From Acidimicrobiia bacterium (GTDB lineage: Bacteria > Actinomycetota > Acidimicrobiia > Spongiisociales > ZC4RG35), in the NCBI GenBank assembly GCA_012270885.1, contig JAAXHN010000002.1, positions 26,590 through 90,589 of the forward strand: a stretch of DNA of 64,000 nucleotides, in the 5' to 3' direction. Within the stretch, counting starts at the first letter, position 1. Each line of letters begins with the position of its first letter. The notes beneath the pieces were generated by a model, which did no database searches, was not told the DNA's origin, and was given only the letters and a program-made list of their open reading frames with translations. The position numbers and the translations under genes are program-made. Of this stretch, positions 29,334 through 38,696 are shown piece after piece.

Positions 29334-29693
29334 CTAGTCCCAGCCCAGTTGGTGTAGGCGTCGTTCGGAGAAACCCAGGTAGTGGCCCAATTCGTGCAAA
29401 AGGGTGCGACGGATCTCCTCTTCGGTCTCGGGGCGGGAGAGCCCCAAATCCAGGTGGGCGAGGCGGTACAGTCGGATCTCGTCGGGGAGCACTCCCCAGT
29501 AGTCGGCGGCCCTGTCCGGGAGGGAGACGCCGACGTATTCTCCCAGCAGTTCTTCCCGGGCGCCCCCCTTGTGGTCCTCTGGAGGCGGCGAGTCCATGGC
29601 CACGATCAGCACGTTGTCCATGAGAGAGGCGACCCATGGGGGAAGCCCCGAGAGGACCCGGTCTATCACTGCCTCGAACTCTTCGGTCCGCAT
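29334..29693 (-). CDS. minimal zincin-like metallopeptidase (DUF1025/SprT-like small Zn protease)
   Basis: 119 aa with an HELGHYLG (HExxH) motif. Confidence 0.65.
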   Translation of the reverse strand: MRTEEFEAVIDRVLSGLPPWVASLMDNVLIVAMDSPPPEDHKGGAREELLGEYVGVSLPDRAADYWGVLPDEIRLYRLAHLDLGLSRPETEEEIRRTLLHELGHYLGFSERRLHQLGWD

Positions 29694-29926
29694 GTTCGTC
29701 TGAACTACCCCGTCTGAAGGTTCTCCTGAGGCGGAATCTACCAGCGGAACAAAGGGGGCCGCATACTCCTGACCAGCTGTACGGACTCGGGTAGGATCAG
29801 ATCGCGTCCTTCGAGGACTTGGGAGGAGACGCCTGTGAAGATGATGATTGCTCTCATCCCCGTCAGCGCATCGCCACGGCCGTGACCCGGCCCGGCTCCT
29901 TTCGGTCGCGTCTCTGGTATGAGTGG

Positions 29927-31099
29927 ATGGCCCATCTGGGCGGCGTGGCTGTGCTCAGCGGCGTTCAGTTGATTTCCCCGGCGCTTCCAGCGTTGGCGGA
30001 GCGCTTTGCGCTGTCGGATTCGCAACTCTCCCTGGTAGTCAGCGTTTATTTGATTCCCGCTGCTCTGGCTTCCATACCGGCCGGAATGTTGGCCGACCGG
30101 ATAGGGAGAAGATGGGTGTTCGGAGGGGGCTTGTGCCTATTCGGGTTGGCAAGCCTGCTCCTTCCCCTGGTGGCCCCATCTTCCTTCGGCGCCCTCCTGG
30201 CGATGCGCTTCCTGCAGGGGCTGGGATTCGCACCGGCTTTCCCGCTCACAATCACCATTCTGGGAGATCTCTACAGGGGTAGGGCCCTCGTTAAGGCCCA
30301 GGGAAGGCGCGTGGTGATCTTGCATGTGGCCGATGGTGGATACCCCATCTTGGGAGGGATACTGGTGGGATTCTTCTGGTTGGCCCCCTGGTACCTGCAA
30401 GCCGTTTCTCTTCCTGTCGGACTGCTGGTGCTTTTCACTTTTCGAGATTGGGTGTCCCTGGGCGGTCGGGGCGGGATAGGCGCCATCCGGTGGCTATGGC
30501 GTTCTGTGCGCCTCAGAGGCGCTTTCGCCCTTCACTATGTGGGGTTCGTCCGCTTCTTCGTGAAATACTCCCTGCTCTCCTACCTGCCCCTCCTCCTGGT
30601 TGGTTCTCGGGGAATGACGGCCGCCGAGGTGGGTTTGATGTTGGGCGTCGCATCCTTGTGCGGGATCCTGGGCGCCGCGGGTAGCGGCCTCCTAGCCAGG
30701 CTGGGACCGGCCTCGCGGTGGCTGGTCCTCGGGATGGTCGTACAGGGCCTGGTGATGGCGTTCATGGTATTCGGGTCGGGCATCTGGATTCTGATGACGG
30801 CGGCGGTGGCCTACGGTGTGGCCGACGGCATCCTTGGGACATTCGTCAACTCCTATCTCGCCTCGATCACCGCCCCCGAACATCGGGCCGGCCTGGTGGC
30901 AACCAACGGAGCGATAAAGAACCTTGGGAAGCTGGCGGCTCCTGTATTGATGGGGTTTCTGGTGCTGGTTGCGCCCATCTCGACAGGCTTCGCGGCTGTT
31001 GCCATGCTGGGGGTCGTATCGGCTCCGGCCGCCGCCTCCCTGCGAGTGTACGACTCCCGGCTCTCCCGGCGCCTCAACCCGGAGGGCGACCAGTTCTAA
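29927..31099 (+). CDS. MFS transporter
   Basis: Multiple transmembrane helices and the MFS signature GMLADRIGRRWV after TM2. I chose ATG 29927 as the start. The ORF-track TTG 29819 extension is hydrophilic and unlikely. Confidence 0.8.
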   Translation: MAHLGGVAVLSGVQLISPALPALAERFALSDSQLSLVVSVYLIPAALASIPAGMLADRIGRRWVFGGGLCLFGLASLLLPLVAPSSFGALLAMRFLQGLGFAPAFPLTITILGDLYRGRALVKAQGRRVVILHVADGGYPILGGILVGFFWLAPWYLQAVSLPVGLLVLFTFRDWVSLGGRGGIGAIRWLWRSVRLRGAFALHYVGFVRFFVKYSLLSYLPLLLVGSRGMTAAEVGLMLGVASLCGILGAAGSGLLARLGPASRWLVLGMVVQGLVMAFMVFGSGIWILMTAAVAYGVADGILGTFVNSYLASITAPEHRAGLVATNGAIKNLGKLAAPVLMGFLVLVAPISTGFAAVAMLGVVSAPAAASLRVYDSRLSRRLNPEGDQF

Positions 31100-31215
31100 A
31101 TGAGGATGGGGATTCGGAGGTATCGGTCTTCGCTGGACCATCGGCTGAGATCCTTTGGTCCTCGTGGCGATGAGGAGAGCGGTTTGTTCAACTAGCCATC
31201 GTGGCCGGGAGAGGA

Positions 31216-32409
31216 TCAGGTCGCTGGGCTGATCAGGTGGAAAAAGATCTGCTGGTCGTACTTGACCCCGGTGATGATCATGAACGTTTCACCGGCTTCG
31301 CCGGGCATCGTCATGGACGTGGTCACCTCTCCCTCGGCTTGTTGTTCGCCTTCGATGACCAGGCCGATTCCGGTGTCGAAACGGACGGTTGAGTGCACGA
31401 CGCCCGGAGTGGCGCTCACCAGTAGTTGGATGTCCCCGAAAAAGCCCGGACTTTCCTGATCTTCCTGGCCTTCTTCAGAGGGCTCCGAACCGAAGGCACC
31501 GAACAGCCCCGACATCATCTCACTCATGTCCCATTCGAAGGCTTCGGTCCGGTATTCGCTCTCCACCACCAGGATCGAGCGCTCTTCGGTCCCCTCCACA
31601 GCCACAACGAGATGTTCGGCGTTGGTGATTATCGAGCCGAACGGCCCTTCCTGTTCGATCAGCTCCGTCCATATGTCCCCGACGCCCAACGGGGTGTCGG
31701 GGAAAGCCGGACCGAACGGTCGGCTCAAATGCTGGTTTCCAACGGAGCCGGCGGATTGAAGGTTCATGCCGCCAAGGAGATCATCGAAACCTTCACTGGA
31801 GACTTCAAGGACGTTGCCCTGCAGGTCCGTGATGACTGTTATGTCGATCGGCGACTCGAAACCGGGGGGCTCACCCAGCTCGGAGGAGGGTATGGAGAAG
31901 CCGCCCATGGTGGCCTCGTTCTCGACCATCTGTAAGTCGTAGACGATCCGAATGTTGACCGTGTCTTCCTCCGGGCCAGAGCTGATGCTGTAGCTGATGG
32001 CACCGGCCAGGATGGTGTTCATCTCGATGGGGCCGGGAAGCATTTCCTCGGCCGGACCCCCCTCCAACTGGACCTCGGCCTGTTGCTCGATGGAGATGGA
32101 GTATTCGAGTTCGCCGTCGGAAGGGTAATTGTAGGAGAAGCGAACCGGCTCGAACACGGGGGCTTCGGTGGTGGTCGTGCTTTCCGGTGCCGTGGTCGTT
32201 TGCGAGGCGCTCGTGGTGGTTGTTTCGGGCGCGCTCGTGGTCTGTGGAGCGGCGGTATTAGGCGCAGTCGTGGTGGGCGGGGCCGTCGTCTCCGGCGCGG
32301 TGGGCTCAGGTTGATCGGCGGCGTCTCCCCCGCAGGCGGTCGCCAGCAACAGAGTGGTCAGTGCGGCTAAGAGAACCTTCCATCTGCGGTGGGGACGGAT
32401 CCTCTTCAC
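31216..32409 (-). CDS. secreted lipoprotein with Thr/Pro-rich linker (unknown function)
   Basis: Putative GTG start 32409 giving MKRIRPHRRWKVLLAALTTLLLATAC (lipobox LATAC), then a T/P/A-rich low-complexity linker and an acidic globular domain. Confidence 0.6.
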   Translation of the reverse strand: MKRIRPHRRWKVLLAALTTLLLATACGGDAADQPEPTAPETTAPPTTTAPNTAAPQTTSAPETTTTSASQTTTAPESTTTTEAPVFEPVRFSYNYPSDGELEYSISIEQQAEVQLEGGPAEEMLPGPIEMNTILAGAISYSISSGPEEDTVNIRIVYDLQMVENEATMGGFSIPSSELGEPPGFESPIDITVITDLQGNVLEVSSEGFDDLLGGMNLQSAGSVGNQHLSRPFGPAFPDTPLGVGDIWTELIEQEGPFGSIITNAEHLVVAVEGTEERSILVVESEYRTEAFEWDMSEMMSGLFGAFGSEPSEEGQEDQESPGFFGDIQLLVSATPGVVHSTVRFDTGIGLVIEGEQQAEGEVTTSMTMPGEAGETFMIITGVKYDQQIFFHLISPAT

Positions 32410-32464
32410 AAGCCCGAGCCTACCTTGCACAAGGGGACTCTGAGGGAGGGTCCAGCGCAAGACG

Positions 32465-33022
32465 TCAGCCGAAGTAGTCAGGCTCCTGGCCGGGAATCCA
32501 CTTTATGTTGCATCCGATTGAGGGCTTCTGGTCCGACGCCACATCCTGGTCGGCCCGTACGGCTTCCACGGCAGCCCGCAGGTCCTCACCGGTCACCGGA
32601 ATGGAGTTCGAGGGCCGGGAGCCATCGAACTGACCCCGGTAGACGAGTGTCCGGTCCGGGCCGAACACGTAGAAGTCCGGGGTGCAGGCGGCGGTGTAGG
32701 ACTTTGCCACTTCCTGGGTCTCGTCGAAGAGATAGGGGAAGGCATAACCTTGTTCACGGGCCACGGCGGCCAGCTTGTCGGGAGCGTCGCCGGGATAGTT
32801 CTCGATGTCGTTGGAGCTAATGGCCACCACGGAGACGTTGGTGTCCTGGTAGTCGGACCCGAAGGTCACCAGGCCATCCATGATGTGGACCACGAAGGGA
32901 CAGTGGTTGCAGATGAACATGACCACCAGCACCTTCCCGGTGCAGTCCTCCAGTGAAACGGTTTCCCCGCTCACCGTGTCGGTTAGTGAAAATCCCGGCG
33001 CGGGAGTTCCCAACGGAAGCAT
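32465..33022 (-). CDS. thioredoxin-fold protein (AhpC/TSA / thiol-disulfide oxidoreductase-like)
   Basis: Internal ATG 33022 (MLPLGTPAPGFSL...). CxxC motif CNHC in a thioredoxin-fold context. The 5' extension in the ORF track is Pro/Arg-rich and looks spurious. Confidence 0.7.
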   Translation of the reverse strand: MLPLGTPAPGFSLTDTVSGETVSLEDCTGKVLVVMFICNHCPFVVHIMDGLVTFGSDYQDTNVSVVAISSNDIENYPGDAPDKLAAVAREQGYAFPYLFDETQEVAKSYTAACTPDFYVFGPDRTLVYRGQFDGSRPSNSIPVTGEDLRAAVEAVRADQDVASDQKPSIGCNIKWIPGQEPDYFG

Positions 33023-33111
33023 GGTTGACGCAGTGTTGACCACGACGCTCCTCCTCTCTGGTAGATTCCTCAGGTGCCTCAATTGTAGGAGATCGGCTAG
33101 CGTCATTGCCC

Positions 33112-34020
33112 ATGCCCGAACTTCCTGACGTCGCCCTCTACCTGAAGGCCTTGGAACGGCGCATCGTGGGACAGAGGGTGGAAGGATTCCACGTCCGGTC
33201 CATGTCGGTCCTGCGCACCTACCAGCCTCCTCACACCGATGTGGTGGGCAGGACCGTGGTGGGGCTGCGACGGATCGGAAAACGCATTGTGTGGGAACTC
33301 GACGGGGACGAGTTGTTCCTGGTGATCCATCTGATGGTGGCCGGGCGGCTTCGCTGGCATGACCGGCCGGGTGTGAAACCACCTGCCAAAGTGGGCCTGG
33401 TGGCCTGGGACTTTCCCGGGTCGACCCTGGTGCTCACCGAGCAGGGGTCGAAAAGGCGGGCCGGGGTATGGGTGGTGTCGGGAGAAGAGGATCTGGCCGC
33501 CCAGGACCGCGGAGGGTTGGAACCGCTCGAGATCTCCTCCCAGCAGTTCTCCGAGGCGATTCGCCGGAGAAACCACACCGTGAAGCGTGCGCTGACCAGC
33601 CCCGCCATTCTGTCGGGTATCGGCCACGCCTACTCGGACGAGATACTGTGGGAGGCCCGGCTGTCTCCCGTGAAGATGACTTCCCGGCTCACCGATGAGG
33701 AGTCGGAGCGCCTGCACCAGGCGGTGGTCGGGGTCCTCTCCTCCTGGATCGAGCGTTTGGCCGCGGAGACCGGGGACCGGTGGCCCACCAGAGTCACGGC
33801 CTTCCGGCCGGAGATGGCGGTGCACGGAAAGTACGGATCGCCCTGTCCGCGGTGCGGCGCCCCCGTGCAGAGGATCGTGTACGCCAGCAACGAGACCAAC
33901 TATTGCGCGGCCTGCCAGACAGGGGGAAAGCTCCTGGCCGACCGGTCCCTGTCGCGACTGCTCAAAAGGGACTGGCCCAAGACGCTCGAGGAACTGGAGG
34001 AACGGAGAACCCGTCCCTGA
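33112..34020 (+). CDS. formamidopyrimidine/endonuclease VIII-family DNA glycosylase (Fpg/Nei)
   Basis: Starts MPELPDV (catalytic Pro2). Has the H2TH region and a C-terminal zinc finger CPRCG...CAAC. Confidence 0.85.
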   Translation: MPELPDVALYLKALERRIVGQRVEGFHVRSMSVLRTYQPPHTDVVGRTVVGLRRIGKRIVWELDGDELFLVIHLMVAGRLRWHDRPGVKPPAKVGLVAWDFPGSTLVLTEQGSKRRAGVWVVSGEEDLAAQDRGGLEPLEISSQQFSEAIRRRNHTVKRALTSPAILSGIGHAYSDEILWEARLSPVKMTSRLTDEESERLHQAVVGVLSSWIERLAAETGDRWPTRVTAFRPEMAVHGKYGSPCPRCGAPVQRIVYASNETNYCAACQTGGKLLADRSLSRLLKRDWPKTLEELEERRTRP

Positions 34021-34098
34021 AGGAGTAACGGTGGAGGGACGAATAGAATCTAACTGTTTAGTCCAGGTTGGAGGTGAAAACTGACGGTACCCGTCCGG

Positions 34099-34968
34099 TT
34101 GGCGGGGGTGACCAAAAGCTACGGAAAGGCCCGGGGAGTCTTGGACCTGGACCTTGAGGTGCGAGCCGGGGAGGTATTCGGATACCTTGGCCCCAACGGC
34201 GCGGGCAAGACCACCACCATCCGCATGCTGGTGGACCTGATCCGAGCGCAGAAGGGGGAGGTGGAGGTGCTGGGCGGTTCCCCTCGCGATCCCGCCATTA
34301 GGCGCCGGGTCGGGTACCTGCCGGGGGAGGTGGAATTCTATTCCCGGATGTCTGCCCGCGACTTCCTCACCTACATCGGGAATCTGCGCGGGAAGGGAGG
34401 AGACGCCCTCGCGGAGCAACTCTCGGAGAGAATCGACCTCGACCTGTCCCGCCGGATCGGTGATCTCTCCAAGGGAAACCGCCAGAAACTCGGCTTGGTG
34501 CAGGCTCTAATGCACCGACCGGAACTCGTGGTGCTGGATGAGCCGACGTCCGGTCTCGATCCGTTGGTGCAGCAGGAGGTGTACCGGCTCCTGGGTGAAC
34601 TCAAGGCCGACGGGGTGACCGTCTTCTTCTCATCACACGTCCTGTCGGAGGTGGAGAGGATCGCCAACCGGGTGGGGATCATCCGGGAAGGCCGTCTGGT
34701 GGAAGTGGAAGAACTGGAGGCTCTTCGCCAGAAGGCCGTCCGCACCTTCGAGGTCGTCTTTGAAGACGTTCCACACATTTCCGAGTTCGAGGAGTTGGAC
34801 GGTGTCCGCATGGCCGACGTGCATGGCAACATCTTGCACTGCCAAGTGATCGGCAGCATCGATGAATTACTGAAGGCGGTCGCCAATCACGGGGTCCGCG
34901 ATCTGGTCAGTCACGGCGCCGACCTGGAGGCCCTGTTCTTGGACTACTACAGAGGAGAGGATGACTGA
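34099..34968 (+). CDS. ABC transporter ATP-binding protein (ABC-2 exporter type)
   Basis: Walker A GPNGAGKTT, LSKGNRQKL signature and Walker B VVLDEPTSGLD. TTG start at 34099 (possibly CTG 34081). GGAGGTG SD at 34071. Confidence 0.85.
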   Translation: MAGVTKSYGKARGVLDLDLEVRAGEVFGYLGPNGAGKTTTIRMLVDLIRAQKGEVEVLGGSPRDPAIRRRVGYLPGEVEFYSRMSARDFLTYIGNLRGKGGDALAEQLSERIDLDLSRRIGDLSKGNRQKLGLVQALMHRPELVVLDEPTSGLDPLVQQEVYRLLGELKADGVTVFFSSHVLSEVERIANRVGIIREGRLVEVEELEALRQKAVRTFEVVFEDVPHISEFEELDGVRMADVHGNILHCQVIGSIDELLKAVANHGVRDLVSHGADLEALFLDYYRGEDD

Positions 34969-34971
34969 GGA

Positions 34972-35823
34972 ATGCTGAACAACGTGGCGCTGAAGACTCT
35001 GCGGGACCGTCGCCGCTCCCTTTTTTGGTGGGTGGTGGGGATATTCGGTTATTTTCTGGGCATCGGCGCCTTCTATCCCATTGTGAGGGACAACCAGGCG
35101 CAGTTCGAAGCACTGCTTGAAACCTACCCGGACGAGTTTCTGGCGATCATGGGGGTGGGGAGCGAAGAGAACCTGTTTGACCCTATCGGATTCATGCAGG
35201 CGGAGGCCTTCGGGTGGGTCGTCCCCCTGGTTTTTGCGATTTACGGAGTCGTCCAGGGGGCTCGCGCCGTGGCCGGGGAGGAGGAGGACGGCACCATCGA
35301 TCTGGTGATGGCCACTTCCCTCACCAGATTCGGCCTGGTCTGGCAGAAGTGGCTGGCCCTGGTGTTGGCCGAGTTGGCGCTGGGTCTCGCTGTGTTTGCC
35401 TCTCTGGCTGTCGACAGTGTTCTATTCGGCGTCGAGATCCCTATAGGAAACATCGCGGCCGGAGTACTGATGGCGGTGTTGCTGGGGGTGTTCTTCGGGT
35501 CGCTGGCGCTGGCCGTAGGCACCGGTACAGGTCTCAGGGGTCTGACCGTGGGAGTCGTGACCTTTGTGGCGGCCGTCACCTATCTGCTGAATTCCCTGGG
35601 CAGACTGGTGGAGATACTGGATGTCCTGCAACCCATCTCACCCTTCTATTACTACGACGCCTCGAACCCGCTCCGCTATGGCTTGGACGCCGAGCACGCC
35701 CTCATCCTGGGAGGTCTGGCAGTGGTATTCCTCGGGATAGGCTTGCTGGCTGTGCGTCGCCGGGACCTGGGAGTGGGCGGCATACGCCTGTCCGTTCCCA
35801 CCATGAGAAAGGCGGCTGGCTGA
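34972..35823 (+). CDS. ABC-2 family transporter permease
   Basis: 283 aa with six predicted transmembrane helices. Immediately downstream of the ATPase. Confidence 0.75.
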   Translation: MLNNVALKTLRDRRRSLFWWVVGIFGYFLGIGAFYPIVRDNQAQFEALLETYPDEFLAIMGVGSEENLFDPIGFMQAEAFGWVVPLVFAIYGVVQGARAVAGEEEDGTIDLVMATSLTRFGLVWQKWLALVLAELALGLAVFASLAVDSVLFGVEIPIGNIAAGVLMAVLLGVFFGSLALAVGTGTGLRGLTVGVVTFVAAVTYLLNSLGRLVEILDVLQPISPFYYYDASNPLRYGLDAEHALILGGLAVVFLGIGLLAVRRRDLGVGGIRLSVPTMRKAAG

Positions 35824-35845
35824 ACCGGCAGGGCAAACAGCATGC

Positions 35846-36571
35846 TCAAGACCGGGCCAGCGCCTCCATGAGAGAGCGCCGTATCTCGGCGATGGTGGCT
35901 CTGCTTTGACGGGAGGCCTGCTTGGTGAGGGTGACAGGCGGCATCACTTCCACCCTTACCGGCCCTCCCCTGATCAATGCCGACTCGGGAGGCCAAATGG
36001 CGCCGGTGCCCTGAACGGCCACCGGCAATATCGGACAGCCCGTTCGGGCAGCGATGTGAATGGCGCCGGTCTTGAAGGGAAGCATCTCTCCGGTGATGCT
36101 GCGGGTCCCTTCCGGGAAGACCACCAGGGATTTCCCGTCCGCCACCAGCGTTCGCGTGCTGCGAATTATGAAAGCGAGTTCTCGGCGCCCCATCTCGCGG
36201 TCCAACGGGATCATCCCCGCGTCTCGCATGGCGCTTCCCAGCAACGGGAATTTGAACACCTCGATCTTGGACAGGAACCTGATGGGAATCGGGAGGGCGG
36301 CCGTCAGGACCATTATGTCGATGTTGGAGCGATGGTTGGCCACCACTATGTAGGGCGTCGCCCCCTCGATGTTCTCCAGGCCGCTCACCTCCATCCGCAC
36401 GCCGGAGGCAAACACCCAGACTCTTCCGAATTGCTTCAGGATCCAGTCGCCGAATGACCCCAGGGGGCCGAACATCGACCCGATCACGATCGCCAGCGCC
36501 ACCCCCACCGTGGATAGCCCGGCGACCAGATAGGTAATCCCGCTGCGAAGGAACAGGAAGGTCCTTTTCAC
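35846..36571 (-). CDS. plsC: 1-acyl-sn-glycerol-3-phosphate acyltransferase
   Basis: HxxxxD motif VVANHRSNIDI and FPEGTRS motif. Putative GTG start 36571 preceding an N-terminal transmembrane helix. The longer extension in the ORF track is unsupported. Confidence 0.8.
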   Translation of the reverse strand: MKRTFLFLRSGITYLVAGLSTVGVALAIVIGSMFGPLGSFGDWILKQFGRVWVFASGVRMEVSGLENIEGATPYIVVANHRSNIDIMVLTAALPIPIRFLSKIEVFKFPLLGSAMRDAGMIPLDREMGRRELAFIIRSTRTLVADGKSLVVFPEGTRSITGEMLPFKTGAIHIAARTGCPILPVAVQGTGAIWPPESALIRGGPVRVEVMPPVTLTKQASRQSRATIAEIRRSLMEALARS

Positions 36572-36608
36572 AGAACTTAAGGCTAAACCCTCGCAAGAGG
36601 CTGGTAGC

Positions 36609-37172
36609 TTGCTCGGTGTAAGTATGAGCACGTTGGAGATGAAGGACCGGCTCAGGGCTGAGGCACGCGGGAGGCCTCCTCCCACCCCCGCTGAGTCCGG
36701 AAGGGTTTGCCAACAGGTCCTGGGTTGGCTGGCTCCGAGGCGGCCGGGACCCACCCTGGTGTGGATGGCGCTCCCCGGTGAGCTGGATCTCGAGCCGGTG
36801 GTGGCCCGGTTGCCAACGATCGAATGGCTCACGACCCGGACCCCTCCCACCGGTCCTCTCACGGTCCATCCCTATCACTCGCCGGTGGAGCTTCATCGCT
36901 TTGGATTCCACCAGCCTGTCGCTTCAGTCCCCGAAGTGCGGCCGGCTCGGATCGAGGTGGCTCTGGTGCCGGGCCTGATGTTCGACACCCGAGGAAGGAG
37001 GCTCGGGCGGGGTAAGAGCTATTACGACGGGCTTCTGGCTGGGCTCTCCGCGAACGCCCTGCGGGTGGGAGTCACGTTGGAACGGCTGATGGCCGACATT
37101 GTGCCCGTCGAGCCCCACGACGTGGCCATGACCCATCTCATCACCGAGAACGGGCTCCGGGAGGTCGCCTAG
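36609..37172 (+). CDS. 5-formyltetrahydrofolate cyclo-ligase
   Basis: 187 aa with an MTHFS motif ([14 protein letters not shown]). Stop overlaps the leuB stop region convergently. Confidence 0.75.
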   Translation: MLGVSMSTLEMKDRLRAEARGRPPPTPAESGRVCQQVLGWLAPRRPGPTLVWMALPGELDLEPVVARLPTIEWLTTRTPPTGPLTVHPYHSPVELHRFGFHQPVASVPEVRPARIEVALVPGLMFDTRGRRLGRGKSYYDGLLAGLSANALRVGVTLERLMADIVPVEPHDVAMTHLITENGLREVA

Positions 37173-38227
37173 ACTCCGATCGCCTCGACTATCCGGTTGC
37201 CTATTTCGGAGGTGGAGGCCCCCATTCCGGGTCCTGCCATGGCGCCCATTCCGGAGAGAACACCGGCCGCGGCTTTCTCCACCATGGCCGCCGCCTCTCC
37301 TTCTCCCAGGTGCTCCAGGCACAAAGCGGCGGAGAAGACTGCCGCCACCGGATTTGCCCAGCCGGTGCCCACGATGTCGGGGGCGGTACCGTGCACCGGC
37401 TCGAAGAGGGAGGGATAGTCGCCGGTCGGATTGAGGTTCCCGCTGGCCGCCAAACCGATTCCCCCTGCTATGGCCCCTCCCAGATCGGTGATGATGTCGC
37501 CGAACATGTTGTCGGTAACTATCACGTCGAAGCGCTCCGGGCTGTCGATCAGGTGGATGCAGGCCGCGTCGACATGCACGTAGTCCACCTCGACCTGCGG
37601 GTACTCCGCCGCCACCTCGTCGGTGGTCCGTTGCCAGAGGTCGCCCGCGATGGTGAGCACGTTGGTCTTGTGGCAAAGGGTCAACCGACGGTCTCTCTTC
37701 ATCGCCCGGTGGAAGGCGTACCGGACGATTCGCTCGGTTCCCGTCCGGGTGTTGACCGAGTGCTGGTTGGCGATCTCGGCCTCGGTTCCCTTGTGGAGGA
37801 ACCCGCCGCTGCCCGAGTACAAGCCTTCGGTGTTCTCCCTTATCACTTCCATGTCGCAGCGCTCCGGCGTGAGTCCGGCGATGGCGCTGGAGACACCCGG
37901 GTAGAGCTTCACGGGGCGGAAATTCACATACATATCGAACTCAAAGCGGAGCCGCAGCAGGAGGCCCCGTTCCAGGATTCCCGGAGGGACCTCCGGGGTG
38001 CCCACCGCTCCGAGAAGGATGGCGTCATGCTCGGCCAACTCGGCCGCCACCGAGTCGGGCAGGACCTCTCCGGTGGCGAGATAGCGCCTGCTCCCCAGGT
38101 CATAGTCGGTGAGGTCGACCCTGAACCCGCATTCCCGACCAGCCGCTTGCACCGCCTCCAAGGCACAGGCGATCACTTCCGGTCCGATCCCGTCGCCGGG
38201 GATCACTGCCAATCGGTAGGCGCTCAC
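37169..38227 (-). CDS. leuB: 3-isopropylmalate dehydrogenase
   Basis: 352 aa. [12 protein letters not shown]-terminus and NLFGDIITD signature. Confidence 0.9.
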   Translation of the reverse strand: MSAYRLAVIPGDGIGPEVIACALEAVQAAGRECGFRVDLTDYDLGSRRYLATGEVLPDSVAAELAEHDAILLGAVGTPEVPPGILERGLLLRLRFEFDMYVNFRPVKLYPGVSSAIAGLTPERCDMEVIRENTEGLYSGSGGFLHKGTEAEIANQHSVNTRTGTERIVRYAFHRAMKRDRRLTLCHKTNVLTIAGDLWQRTTDEVAAEYPQVEVDYVHVDAACIHLIDSPERFDVIVTDNMFGDIITDLGGAIAGGIGLAASGNLNPTGDYPSLFEPVHGTAPDIVGTGWANPVAAVFSAALCLEHLGEGEAAAMVEKAAAGVLSGMGAMAGPGMGASTSEIGNRIVEAIGV

Positions 38228-38324
38228 TGCGAGCCCATATTAATCAACCGGTGTCCGATCACAGCAACTCGTGGATGAACTGGGAGTGCTCGGCGCCTCC
38301 CCGACAACCGGACACCGGTGTGTT

Positions 38325-38594
38325 CTACCGAGGCTTGCGCCGAGTCTTGGGTTTCTCCTCTTGCGTGGCGGGAGGGTCCGGGGCGGGAGGCCGCGGGGTG
38401 AGGCCAAGATCGAGTCCCAGCACGTTGGCCATGGCGATCAGGCTGGAGAGCCGCAGGTCAACCTCGCCGTTCTCGATCCGCGAAATCTGTGCCTGCGTAA
38501 GCCCCGATCTCTGGCCCAGTTCCCGCTGACTGAGTCCTTGGCCGGTGCGGGCTTCCCGGAGGACTCTTGCTATGCGGGAATCTCCGCGACCCAT
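38325..38594 (-). CDS. XRE-family helix-turn-helix transcriptional regulator (small)
   Basis: ATG 38594 (MGRGDSRIARVLREARTGQGLSQRELGQRSGLTQAQISRIENGE). Classic HTH_XRE followed by a basic tail. Lies between leuA and leuB on the same strand. Confidence 0.65.
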   Translation of the reverse strand: MGRGDSRIARVLREARTGQGLSQRELGQRSGLTQAQISRIENGEVDLRLSSLIAMANVLGLDLGLTPRPPAPDPPATQEEKPKTRRKPR

Positions 38595-38696
38595 GGGAAT
38601 ACAAGGTAGCAGATATTCGGTTCCTGCTGTTGGCCGATCGGCGAAAGATCCGGCCCACACATTTCAGATAATCGGCAGAAGGTACCCGCCACGTTG

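Noticed and set aside
29819-29926. TTG 29819 as the MFS transporter start
   Set aside because: It gives a 36-aa hydrophilic, Asp/Cys-rich N-terminal extension atypical for MFS proteins. The strong SD at 29821 lies inside it and is phased to a different frame. ATG 29927 is preferred.
35676-36911. 411-aa minus-strand ORF and the 338-aa ORF 35846-36862 N-terminal extension
   Set aside because: The PlsC homology begins only at the putative GTG 36571. The upstream part is Arg/Pro/Gly-rich and overlaps the real MTHFS gene on the other strand.
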